Below are positions 15,686 through 23,593 of a stretch of DNA of 39,380 nucleotides, piece after piece. The stretch is from NCBI GenBank assembly GCA_964359415.1, contig CAYHST010000001.1, positions 1-39,380 on the forward strand, in the 5' to 3' direction. Under the pieces are notes generated by a model. The model was not told where the DNA came from. It was given only the letters and a program-made list of their open reading frames with translations, and did no database searches. The stretch's first letter is position 1, and each line of letters opens with the position of its first letter. The translations under genes and the position numbers were made by a program. The stretch comes from an uncultured Candidatus Saccharibacteria bacterium (GTDB taxonomy: Bacteria; Patescibacteriota; Minisyncoccia; Phycocordibacterales; UBA2100).

Positions 15686-16603
15686 TTAAGAACCGCCTAA
15701 ATCTTTTTCGGCGTCTACGAACGATTGGATGCCGCCGTCCAGCACTTTGTCCGTATCGCGCTCTTCATGCTCGGTGCGGTGGTCTTTCACGAGCTTGTAT
15801 GGGTGCAGAACGTATGAGCGAATCTGGCTTCCCCACTCAATTTTCGTTGTCGCGGCAACGGAAAAACCCCGCGATTCCTTTGTCTGCGCTTCCTCGCGCA
15901 TCTTAAAAAGTTTTCCGCGAATCATTTCCAGAGCTTTCTCGCGATTCTGTGCTTGACTGCGCTCCGAGGTAACTTGGACGGAAATACCTGTCGGCTTGTG
16001 CGTCATTCGCACCGCTGTGTCGCGCTTGTTTACATTCTGCCCGCCGGGGCCGCCGGAGCGAGCGACAGAAACTTCAATTTCCGCGTCCGGAATGTGCATT
16101 TCGCCCGCGTCCGGCAACTTGGGAAGCACTTCAACCATTGAAAAGCTTGTCTGCCGTTTCCCCGCCGCATTGAACGGCGACATGCGCACAAGCCGATGTA
16201 CTCCCGCTTCGTTTTTTAGTGTTCCGTACGGGCCCGCCGTAGCCTTGACGGAGGCGGGAGCGCCACTACCCAAGACCTCAAAAGAAACGCTTCTGTATCC
16301 GCCGACTGAATTTTCATTTGCCGAAAGAAGCGACGTGCGCCAACCCCTGCTAGCGACATACTTGCTGTACATGCTGAAAAGTATCCTTGAGAAATCCTCA
16401 GCATCGTCCCCGCCAGCGCCGGAGATTATTGAAATAATCGCGTCACTTTTATCGTGTGAACCTCCTCCCGCGAGCTTCTGCTTAAGCTCCTGATACTCCT
16501 TGAGCGCGCCTCTGGCCTTTTCTTTATCAGCCCAAAAATCAGGGCTAGCCATCGCCGTTTCAATATCCACTATCCGTTCCTTAATTTCTTCTTTCGATTG
16601 CAT
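15686..16603 (-). CDS. prfB: peptide chain release factor 2 (shortened domain 1, no frameshift site)
   Basis: 305 aa with the SPF tripeptide ([15 protein letters not shown]), GGQ (GPGGQNVNK) and [11 protein letters not shown]. It is a single uninterrupted ORF. Confidence 0.9.
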   Translation of the reverse strand: MQSKEEIKERIVDIETAMASPDFWADKEKARGALKEYQELKQKLAGGGSHDKSDAIISIISGAGGDDAEDFSRILFSMYSKYVASRGWRTSLLSANENSVGGYRSVSFEVLGSGAPASVKATAGPYGTLKNEAGVHRLVRMSPFNAAGKRQTSFSMVEVLPKLPDAGEMHIPDAEIEVSVARSGGPGGQNVNKRDTAVRMTHKPTGISVQVTSERSQAQNREKALEMIRGKLFKMREEAQTKESRGFSVAATTKIEWGSQIRSYVLHPYKLVKDHRTEHEERDTDKVLDGGIQSFVDAEKDLGGS

Positions 16604-16631
16604 TGTGGCAGTATATTCTGAATACTAGGCA

Positions 16632-16647
16632 TCCGCCAACTGGCGGA
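16632..16647. terminator. small GC hairpin TCCGCC-AACT-GGCGGA after the MFS gene stop
   Basis: A near-identical copy of 15668-15683, lying between the MFS stop (16664) and the prfB start (16603). Confidence 0.35.
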
Positions 16648-16663
16648 GGCACTGGACAGAATG

Positions 16664-17926
16664 CTATTTTGAGACAATGTTTTTATTTTCCCCTATCTCA
16701 ACTTTTCGCAACAAAAATAATCCTATTGCGGCAAAGACTGCCATGAAACAGGCGGCTATTCTGTAGCGCGTCGGGCCAAGGCCGACAAAGAGAGTTGTTA
16801 TCAGACCCCAGGAGAGCGGCCCCACGAGCGTGGACACCCTCTCGGCAAGAGTGTAAAAGCTGAACCCGAAGTTGAGCTTGTCTTTCGGACAGAGAGCTGT
16901 CATGGCGGCGCGAGCGACCGTCCATGTCGCGCCGAAGAAAAATCCCATGAGTATGGACATCGCAACAAAAACGGAAAAGTTAGCCGCGGTTCCGAGAAGC
17001 GGGAAAATAACAATCCAACTTCCGAGTATTATGACTAGAGTCCGTTTCAATCCGATTTTGTCCGCTACCCAGCCTGACAAAAGCGCGCCTACCGCCGAAG
17101 TAACAAGAATGCCGCCAAGAAGCGCTGATTTCGTGCTGTCTGCGGCGGCAAATACATTTTGCATGTAGATGGGAAAATTATTCGCGGCTGTGATTATCGC
17201 ATCGTTGAAAAAGAAATAGGAAAGCAAAAACATGCCCATGTGCGGAACCTTAATCAGTTCCTTGAATTTTGACCACTGGCTTCTGTATTCTTCCCTCCAA
17301 TTTATTTTATCTGCGGGCTGGCCGGGGTCTTCTGTTTTGGACAATCTGAAAAATAAAAGCATGGGGAGCGCGAGCAAGAAGAAGGCAATGGCCGAGGGGA
17401 GAAAGGTCTGCGCCCGCCCCGCTTCACCAAAGAGGTACACTGCGCCGCTGGCAAATGGAATGGTGATGAGAATTCCGGCAATTTGTCCGAGCCAATTTCC
17501 CGCCTGTCCCACTCCGGAAATCCTTCCCCATTTTTCTCGCGGTGCCAGAAAATGCAGAAGCGCGTTATAAAATACGAAAGAAAATTGATAGAAGTAATTT
17601 GCCAGAAGGAAAAAGAGCATCGCCGTGAATACGTGCTTTGAGTAAAAAAGCGCCACGAGAGATGCAAGCAGGAAAAATACGAAAGCGATAACAGTGATGC
17701 GATTCAGGTACTTTTGCTGGCGACCATTTCTGTCGGCGATGCTCCCCAGAACCGGAGCCGTGAGGAGAAGAAGCAGGGAGCCGATACTAAACGTCAGGTT
17801 GTACCACAAATCAGACACCCCCTTATCAACGACAAGCCATTGCGAAAAATACAGAAAGAAAACGACGATAACGATGGAATTCGCGAAATCGTAGAGAGTC
17901 CAGAAAAAGATGTTCTTTCTGTTCAT
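16664..17926 (-). CDS. MFS transporter (UMF1/Atg22-like)
   Basis: 420 aa with about 12 predicted hydrophobic helices, an N-terminal WTLYDFANS motif typical of the UMF1 family, and a GSIADRNGRQ loop. Confidence 0.85.
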   Translation of the reverse strand: MNRKNIFFWTLYDFANSIVIVVFFLYFSQWLVVDKGVSDLWYNLTFSIGSLLLLLTAPVLGSIADRNGRQQKYLNRITVIAFVFFLLASLVALFYSKHVFTAMLFFLLANYFYQFSFVFYNALLHFLAPREKWGRISGVGQAGNWLGQIAGILITIPFASGAVYLFGEAGRAQTFLPSAIAFFLLALPMLLFFRLSKTEDPGQPADKINWREEYRSQWSKFKELIKVPHMGMFLLSYFFFNDAIITAANNFPIYMQNVFAAADSTKSALLGGILVTSAVGALLSGWVADKIGLKRTLVIILGSWIVIFPLLGTAANFSVFVAMSILMGFFFGATWTVARAAMTALCPKDKLNFGFSFYTLAERVSTLVGPLSWGLITTLFVGLGPTRYRIAACFMAVFAAIGLFLLRKVEIGENKNIVSK

Positions 17927-17929
17927 TTG

Positions 17930-18002
17930 AGCCGCCTCGGAGATTCGAACTCCGGACCCCGTCTTTACGAAAGACGTGCTCTACCAACTGAGCTAAGGCG
18001 GC
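17930..18002 (-). tRNA. tRNA-Thr (anticodon CGT)
   Basis: Hand fold: acceptor GCCGCCT/AGGCGGC, D-arm GCTC-AGTTGGTA-GAGC, anticodon stem CGTCT/AGACG with loop TTCGTAA, T-arm CGGAG-TTCGAAT-CTCCG. CCA is not encoded. Confidence 0.9.
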
Positions 18003-18089
18003 AAGCAAAACTGAATATATCATTTTTGCGACAAACGTGCTTCTTTCGCATATATCTTCAAGAATTGCACCAACTCTCACAGAACACAC

Positions 18090-18116
18090 CAACATTCTCA
18101 AGTTTGTAAGTATGTT
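18090..18116. repeat. 27-nt palindromic repeat S1
   Basis: ccaacattctcaagtttgtaagtatgt, matching S2 (18423-18449) at 25/27 positions. It sits immediately 3' of the ArsR-family gene. Confidence 0.9.
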
Positions 18117-18401
18117 TCAAACGTGTTGAAATGATTTTAGGAAACGAACAAATAGTTTGCCGTATGGAGATAAGGTATGCTCTACAAATTTGCCGCGATA
18201 TTTTTTGTTGATGAGTCCGCTATTGTGAAGCCGCCGCGTGTGTTCACCAAGTGTTTTTTCATTTGCGCCAAGTGCCTCTACAATATCCTCAAGCGTTATT
18301 CCGCCACTTTCGGCTACTAGGAGCAAAATCTCTATCCGGTAATGATTCGCCATCCCCTTCAAATGCCGCTCCATCTGCTTCGCGGTTTTGACTTTTTTCA
18401 T
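18117..18401 (-). CDS. ArsR/SmtB-family winged-helix transcriptional regulator
   Basis: 94 aa with ANHYRIEILLLVAESGGITLEDIVEALGANEKTLGEHTRRLHNSGLI, the HTH_20-like pattern. Confidence 0.8.
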   Translation of the reverse strand: MKKVKTAKQMERHLKGMANHYRIEILLLVAESGGITLEDIVEALGANEKTLGEHTRRLHNSGLINKKYRGKFVEHTLSPYGKLFVRFLKSFQHV

Positions 18402-18422
18402 ACGTTCATTATATAACTCATT

Positions 18423-18449
18423 CCTACATTCTCAAGTTTGTAAGGATGT
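18423..18449. repeat. 27-nt palindromic repeat S2, overlapping the arsR-family promoter
   Basis: cctacattctcaagtttgtaaggatgt. On the minus strand it contains TTGAGA (18430-18435), followed by a 16-nt spacer, TATAAT (18408-18413) and 6 nt to the ATG at 18401. It also directly follows the ribD stop. Confidence 0.85.
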
Positions 18450-18451
18450 GT

Positions 18452-19579
18452 TTATATCACTTTCGAGGATGCAGCCATTGCGCAGGAGGAGCAATCAGTT
18501 CTGCTGGCAATTACGAGAACATCCTCACCAAAACGCCTTACCGACACATGTTTAAAGCGCAAGGCCTGTGCGATTTTCTGAACGCCCTTACCGCCGATAG
18601 AACGTGCCTCTTCCCCGCCCACCAAGATTGGCGCGCAAAAAATGTAGGCCTTATCGGCGATTTTGGCATCAATAAAACTGCCAAGCATCTCTCCTCCTCC
18701 TTCCACAAAAACGCTTATAATTTCTATTTTCCGCAATTCAGAAAGAAGCTTCCGTATAGAAACTCGCGCACCCTTGAACACGAGAACGCGTATGCCTCGC
18801 TTTTCCAAATCTCTAATTTTTTGTTTTGGAGCGCCAGAGGTCGTCGCGATAATGACATTTACATCTCGAAGTACTCGCGCATTTCTTGGAATGCGAAGGC
18901 GCGAATCCGCGATTATTCGCACCGGGTCTTTCTTTCCTTTTGTTCTCGCTCCCAAATGCGGGTTGTCGCGAATGACCGTATTCACACCAACGAGTATCGC
19001 TTGGTGCGTGGTTCTTAATCCCCTGGCAAAACTTCTGGCCTCCTCGCCGGTAATCCATTTTGAGTCGCCAGTTCTCGTTGCAAGTTTGCCGTCCAAGCTC
19101 ATCGCGAATTTGAGAGCGACGAGTGGCCGCTTCTTTTCGTGGAAAACAAAAAAGGCTTCATTGAGGGCGCGCGCCTCCTCGCTCCTCACGCCGACCGAAA
19201 CGGAAACTCCAAATTGTTCGAGTCTGGCGACACCCCGTCCGCTCACCTGCGGGTTGGGGTCAATCGCGGAACAAACAACTCTTTTTATTCCCGCGTTGAT
19301 GAGCGCTTCAATGCACGGCGGAGTTTTCCCGAAATGAGCGCATGGCTCAAGGTTGACATATAAAGTGGCGCCGGAGGCGCTGGCACCCGCCTCGGCAAGC
19401 GCTTCAATTTCCGCGTGCGGGCCGCCTGCCCTTCTGTGATACCCCTGCCCGATAATTCTCCCGTTCTTAACAATCACTGCTCCAACCATGGGATTGGGGT
19501 TGGTCCAGCCGGCGCCCTTTTCGGCCAGCTTCAGCGCCTCATCCATGAACTTGTCGTCCTGTGTGTGGGCATTCCTCAT
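18452..19579 (-). CDS. ribD: bifunctional riboflavin-biosynthesis deaminase/reductase
   Basis: 375 aa with the CMP/dCMP deaminase zinc motifs HAEIEAL and LEPCAHFGKTPPC, plus a C-terminal RibD_C reductase domain. Confidence 0.95.
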   Translation of the reverse strand: MRNAHTQDDKFMDEALKLAEKGAGWTNPNPMVGAVIVKNGRIIGQGYHRRAGGPHAEIEALAEAGASASGATLYVNLEPCAHFGKTPPCIEALINAGIKRVVCSAIDPNPQVSGRGVARLEQFGVSVSVGVRSEEARALNEAFFVFHEKKRPLVALKFAMSLDGKLATRTGDSKWITGEEARSFARGLRTTHQAILVGVNTVIRDNPHLGARTKGKKDPVRIIADSRLRIPRNARVLRDVNVIIATTSGAPKQKIRDLEKRGIRVLVFKGARVSIRKLLSELRKIEIISVFVEGGGEMLGSFIDAKIADKAYIFCAPILVGGEEARSIGGKGVQKIAQALRFKHVSVRRFGEDVLVIASRTDCSSCAMAASSKVI

Positions 19580-19584
19580 AAGAG

Positions 19585-20907
19585 CTAAACGTTTTTCAAC
19601 TTATGGCCGAGCCTCTTTTTCTTCGCAGAGAGATACGCGGCGTTTATTTCATTATGATAGATTTCTAATGGCACACGCTCCGCAATTTTTATCCCAAAAG
19701 AAGAAAGCTGTTTCTCTTTCTCCGGATTATTGGTCAGCAGTTTTATTTTCTTCGCGCCCAAATCTTTTAATATAAGCGCGGAAACTTCGTAATCCCGCGC
19801 GTCTGCGGAGAATCCAAGCGCGTGGTTCGCGTCTACCGTGTCATACCCTTCGTCCTGAAGCGCGTAAGCTTTTATCTTATTCCCAAGCCCGATGCCGCGC
19901 CCCTCTTGATTCAAATACACGATGATTCCGCTCCCTGCCTTTTTTATTATTTCCATGCTTGCCTGAAGTTGTTCTCTGCAATCGCACCGAAGAGAACCGA
20001 ACGTGTCCCCTGTAAGGCATTGCGAGTGAACCCTGACGAGTACCGGCATTTTTTTAATGTCGCCGCCTGCCTGCGCCGCGGGCGCGGCAGGCAGGTGTAT
20101 GAGCGCGACATGTTCCAGGTCGTCAAAAGTAGAAGTGTAGACGATGACGCGAAACGTTCCGTACCGCGTGGGAAGCGTGGACTCCGAAAATCTCGCGACT
20201 CCGTGCGGAGAACGCAGCGCGGGGAGAGGATGCGCGCGCAGGTATCGCACTACGTCTTTTATCGCGATAATCTTTATCTTGAGTTCTCGCGAGAAGCGCG
20301 CGATTTCGGCGCCTCTTGCCATGCGGCCATTTTTCCCGACTATCTCGCACAAGACGCCCGCTGGGTGCCTGCCCGCAAGACGGGCCAAATCCACCGCCGC
20401 CTCGGTATGCCCTTCCCGCTTCAATAATCCTCCGGCTCGCGCGACGAGACCGAACACATGGCCCGGCTTTACGATGTCCTCCGCGCGCGATTTCGGGTTT
20501 GCGAGTATGCGGATTGTTTTCGCCCTGTCGTACGCGGAAACTCCGGTCGTAATGCCTTTTTTCGCGTTTACCGAGACAGTAAAATTCACGCCCGTTTTTT
20601 CGGTATTCTGGCTCAAAGGAACCATCGCGGAAAGCCGGAGATTGTGCGCTTGCAGGGGAGTAATCGCGGTGCAGACAATGCCGCCGCCGTACTTCAACAT
20701 GATGTTGATGTTTTCTCCGGTCGCGGCATCTGCTGGAATATATAAATCAGCCTCGTTCTCGCGCTCCGGACTATCAACGACAATAAGCATCTTGCCCTTT
20801 TTAATCTCCTCTATCGCTTCCGGCACTGTGCAGAAGTTTTTCGCGGCTTTTTTCACCCCGTTAGAGGCAGGGCGCGTTCGTGTGGATTCTTTAACAATTG
20901 TTCTCAT
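19585..20907 (-). CDS. ribBA: bifunctional 3,4-dihydroxy-2-butanone-4-phosphate synthase / GTP cyclohydrolase II
   Basis: 440 aa with the DHBP synthase block VVDSPERENEADL and the GCH-II blocks VRVHSQCLTGD..CDC and NQEGRGIGL. Confidence 0.95.
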   Translation of the reverse strand: MRTIVKESTRTRPASNGVKKAAKNFCTVPEAIEEIKKGKMLIVVDSPERENEADLYIPADAATGENINIMLKYGGGIVCTAITPLQAHNLRLSAMVPLSQNTEKTGVNFTVSVNAKKGITTGVSAYDRAKTIRILANPKSRAEDIVKPGHVFGLVARAGGLLKREGHTEAAVDLARLAGRHPAGVLCEIVGKNGRMARGAEIARFSRELKIKIIAIKDVVRYLRAHPLPALRSPHGVARFSESTLPTRYGTFRVIVYTSTFDDLEHVALIHLPAAPAAQAGGDIKKMPVLVRVHSQCLTGDTFGSLRCDCREQLQASMEIIKKAGSGIIVYLNQEGRGIGLGNKIKAYALQDEGYDTVDANHALGFSADARDYEVSALILKDLGAKKIKLLTNNPEKEKQLSSFGIKIAERVPLEIYHNEINAAYLSAKKKRLGHKLKNV

Positions 20908-20974
20908 AACAATTTACTAATTATTTAAAAGCTATTCCCTGCTAGTTTCGTGCGACCGCGGCCTCTAACGGGGT

Positions 20975-21418
20975 TCATACTTCAGAAATGAGTTTAATCA
21001 TCGCGAGCGCGGTTTCCGCGGCTTCAACGCCTTTGTTCTCAACTTTTCTTGTCGCGCGCTCCATGGCATCCGCCAAGCGATAAACCGCGAGTACCTCAAA
21101 TATCACTGGGATTTCGTATTGAAGCGACACCTCGGCGCATCCGCGCGCGCATTCGTTCGCGATTTGCTCAAAATGATATGTTTTCCCTTTTACAATCGCG
21201 CCGAATGTTATCAGAGCGTCGTATTTCTTCTGCTTTGCCATTTTCTTGGCAATGAGCGCAACTTCCAGAGCGCCCGGCACGCGCACCATCGTTATATGAT
21301 TCTTTGAAACCCCATGAGCCAGAAGCGTCGCGACACAGCGCTTTTCAAGCTCTCGCGTAACATCCTCGCGGAATGAAGTTCCGATAATTCCTATTCGTAT
21401 CTTTTTTATCGGCTTCAT
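20975..21418 (-). CDS. ribH: 6,7-dimethyl-8-ribityllumazine synthase
   Basis: 147 aa with VPGALE, the lumazine synthase pattern GAIVKGKTYHFE, and EVL. Confidence 0.95.
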   Translation of the reverse strand: MKPIKKIRIGIIGTSFREDVTRELEKRCVATLLAHGVSKNHITMVRVPGALEVALIAKKMAKQKKYDALITFGAIVKGKTYHFEQIANECARGCAEVSLQYEIPVIFEVLAVYRLADAMERATRKVENKGVEAAETALAMIKLISEV

Positions 21419-22002
21419 ACTTTGCTATTAACGAGTAACCTTTTAACGTACTTGGCGATAACATCCACTTCTATATTGACCTTTGCCTTCAGCTTCAACG
21501 TGTGGAACATGGTTGATTTCCAAGTATGCGGAATGATGCCGACTGAAAAACTGCTAGGCCGTGCATTAATAACAGTAAGAGAAACACCATTCACGGTGAT
21601 AGAACCTTTGGAAACAATGTAGCGAGAAATCTGCTTCGGAACGGAAATGGAGAGTGTGAATTGATTGCCGTTCTTCCTGATTTCTTTCACTGTTCCCACC
21701 GCGTCAACATGTCCCTGCACGATGTGCCCGGAAAGAAATGTTTTCGGAGTTGCCGACAATTCAAGATTGACCGCATTTCCATTTTTGAAAGTCTCGAAAT
21801 TTGTTCTTTTAAAAGTCTCCGGCATGACATCGGCGGAGAAAGAATCTTTGGACTTCGCAGTAACCGTGAGGCACACGCCGTTAACTGCGATACTTCTGCC
21901 TTTCTTTAGCGCGCGCAAAATCTCGCGCTCTGCACGAATAGCGAGCGTGGTCCGCGTTTTCTCCGTGACAGTTCCTGTGTACGTGATGATTCCGGTGAAC
22001 AT
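21415..22002 (-). CDS. ribE: riboflavin synthase alpha chain
   Basis: 195 aa. It starts MFTGII and has the duplicated lumazine-binding repeats (S.AVNGVCLTV and SITVNGVSLTV). Confidence 0.95.
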   Translation of the reverse strand: MFTGIITYTGTVTEKTRTTLAIRAEREILRALKKGRSIAVNGVCLTVTAKSKDSFSADVMPETFKRTNFETFKNGNAVNLELSATPKTFLSGHIVQGHVDAVGTVKEIRKNGNQFTLSISVPKQISRYIVSKGSITVNGVSLTVINARPSSFSVGIIPHTWKSTMFHTLKLKAKVNIEVDVIAKYVKRLLVNSKV

Positions 22003-22007
22003 ACAAC

Positions 22008-22034
22008 AAAAAATCCCCTCATCTCTTCGGGGAT
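22008..22034 (-). terminator. intrinsic terminator forming the FMN riboswitch expression platform
   Basis: On the minus strand: ATCCCC-GAAGAGATGA-GGGGAT followed by TTTTTT, ending 6 nt before the ribE ATG. Confidence 0.75.
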
Positions 22035-22060
22035 AAACGGCACCGTTAGTACATCGGTAC

Positions 22061-22243
22061 GGTTTCCTTCTTTCATCCCGACTATACGGTCGGTCGCGGA
22101 ATCTAACCGCAGTCGTGCCCTGATAAATACCAGAACTCGCGGACTCGCTTGCCCTCCATAGCCTTGGCGAAGGAGGACGGGCTTTACCGCCGATTGGGAT
22201 TTTGCTCGTACCTCACGAACATCACCCTACCCCGAAGGAAGTT
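22061..22243 (-). ncRNA. FMN riboswitch (RFN element) aptamer
   Basis: Conserved RFN blocks on the minus strand: UUCGGGGUAGGGUGA, AAUCCCAAUCGGCGGUAAAGCCCG and GAUUCCGCGACCGUAUAGUCGGGAUGAAAGAAGG. P1 pairs CUUCCUUC with GAAGGAA. It lies directly upstream of the rib operon. Confidence 0.85.
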
Positions 22244-22245
22244 TC

Positions 22246-22272
22246 ATTATACACCGCTCCTCACTTTTGCAA
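22246..22272 (-). promoter_or_regulatory. rib operon promoter
   Basis: TATAAT (22246-22251) lies a few nt upstream of riboswitch P1. The candidate -35 is TTGCAA (22267-22272), but the spacer is only 15 nt. Confidence 0.4.
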
Positions 22273-22301
22273 CATTCACGCACCTCTACACACAAAACAT
22301 T

Positions 22302-22326
22302 CCAACATTCTCAAGAATGTTAGAAT
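22302..22326. repeat. palindromic repeat S3
   Basis: ccaacattctcaagaatgttagaat matches S1 at 21/25 positions. Its core AACATTCT-CA-AGAATGTT is an 8-2-8 inverted repeat. It sits just 3' of the aminotransferase stop (22335). Confidence 0.8.
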
Positions 22327-22334
22327 ATTTTCAA

Positions 22335-23432
22335 TTACAGCAACTTCTTGAGTGCATCGGTAACGATTATATTCGTTGTTTTATCTTTCACAGCTATACG
22401 GATAAAATCATCATGAAACTGTTTACTGATTGAGTCGCAGTTGCGTAGATATATGTTCTTTTTGCGCAGTTCCTCAACTATATTTCTTGCGCTCAATCCT
22501 GCACCGGTCAGATTGACAAGGAAAAAGTTTGCAACTGAATTAAATATTTTCACAGACGGCATTTGCAAATCTTGCATCATCCCTTCTCGAAGCGACTTAG
22601 TTTCTGCGTATTTTCGCAAATAATATTTCTTGTCTTTAAGTGCTTCAACCCCTGCAATCTGCGCGACTAAACTGACTGGCCACGGAGGAATGAATTGAAA
22701 GATTCTTTCAATTATTGAAACAGGGGCGGTGAGATAAGCAAGGCGTACGCCACTTAATCCGTACACTTTGGACATAGATTTGATTACAACGAGATTGGGG
22801 TGTTTTGCCACGTCTCTTTCCACGGTTTTTTCTCCCCCGACATAATCTATGTATGCTTCGTCCACAACAAATGTTACGTCGGAAAAAGTCTTTGCAAGTG
22901 TAAGAATGTTTTCTCTGTCCCAATACTGTCCAGTCGGGCTATTCGGATTTACCAAGACCGCCATCACGGGATTAACCTGAGTAATGTTTTTAGTCAGCAA
23001 GTCATAGTCAAGCACAAAATCTCGTTCCTTATCCAATGCATGTCGGAACAGTTCCACGTTGATAACATCTTCTAAAATATGCGAATATTCGCCATACATC
23101 GGGTCAAGTATCAGAACTTTATCGCCTTTCTTTACAACGTGCGGGAAAAAAGCAAATATTAAATTTGATGAACCACTACCGACAATAATATTCTCCTGCG
23201 GTATATCTCGTTGTTCGGAAATAGTTCTTATCAATCCTTCGCAATGCGTCGGTGGAGAAGTTTTCAAAGCGAATGATAAATACTCCCGGATTTTCTCGAT
23301 TACTTTGGGAGAAGGGTCAAACCAAGCATCCAATACATCTGCGCTGATTACTTTTGTTGAATTTTCCAACGTAGAGAAGTCGTTACCAATAGCATTGAAA
23401 AACGCTCCGCCGTGATACGCCTGTTTTGACAT
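22335..23432 (-). CDS. class I/II PLP-dependent aminotransferase (HisC/CobD-like)
   Basis: Contains VNPNSPTGQ and the PLP-Lys block SMSKVYGLSGVRLAY. The start is placed at MSKQAYHGG because TTTACT (23463-23468), a 17-nt spacer, TATGAT (23440-23445) and 7 nt precede it. The track ORF extends to 23501. GC is about 37% in a hand-counted 100-nt sample. Confidence 0.8.
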   Translation of the reverse strand: MSKQAYHGGAFFNAIGNDFSTLENSTKVISADVLDAWFDPSPKVIEKIREYLSFALKTSPPTHCEGLIRTISEQRDIPQENIIVGSGSSNLIFAFFPHVVKKGDKVLILDPMYGEYSHILEDVINVELFRHALDKERDFVLDYDLLTKNITQVNPVMAVLVNPNSPTGQYWDRENILTLAKTFSDVTFVVDEAYIDYVGGEKTVERDVAKHPNLVVIKSMSKVYGLSGVRLAYLTAPVSIIERIFQFIPPWPVSLVAQIAGVEALKDKKYYLRKYAETKSLREGMMQDLQMPSVKIFNSVANFFLVNLTGAGLSARNIVEELRKKNIYLRNCDSISKQFHDDFIRIAVKDKTTNIIVTDALKKLL

Positions 23433-23503
23433 TAGGGCTATCATAGTTGTCGTTACGAAGAAAGTAAATGTGTCGTGAAGTCGTAGTAAAATAGACTGCA
23501 TTT

Positions 23504-23537
23504 CCTATGCTAGTGTTTTGCAAAACACTAGCATAGG
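23504..23537. repeat. perfect 34-nt palindrome
   Basis: cctatgctagtgttttg|caaaacactagcatagg (17+17). It lies between murC and the aminotransferase, next to S4. Confidence 0.9.
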
Positions 23538-23553
23538 AGAATCCGCATCTGCT

Positions 23554-23593
23554 AAAAACATCCTTACATACTTGAGTATGTAAGGATGTTTTT
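23554..23593. terminator. palindromic repeat S4 / bidirectional terminator-like hairpin after murC
   Basis: aaaaacatccttacatact-tg-agtatgtaaggatgttttt, with 19-nt arms flanked by an A5 run on one side and a T5 run on the other. The core is related to S1-S3 and it overlaps the murC stop codon. Confidence 0.65.

Noticed and set aside
15686-16663. A programmed +1 frameshift site (CUU UGA C) in prfB.
   Set aside because: The ORF is continuous from its ATG, and only 60 nt of non-coding sequence lie upstream, with no short upstream frame.
207-20920. Long ORFs antisense to well-supported genes: 207-668(+), 987-1631(+), 4610-5161(+), 14776-15414(+), 18663-19337(+), 20144-20920(+), and many 60-130-aa ORFs.
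   Set aside because: These are shadow ORFs inside confidently identified genes on the opposite strand. Their translations are Arg/Ser/Pro-rich with no recognisable motifs.
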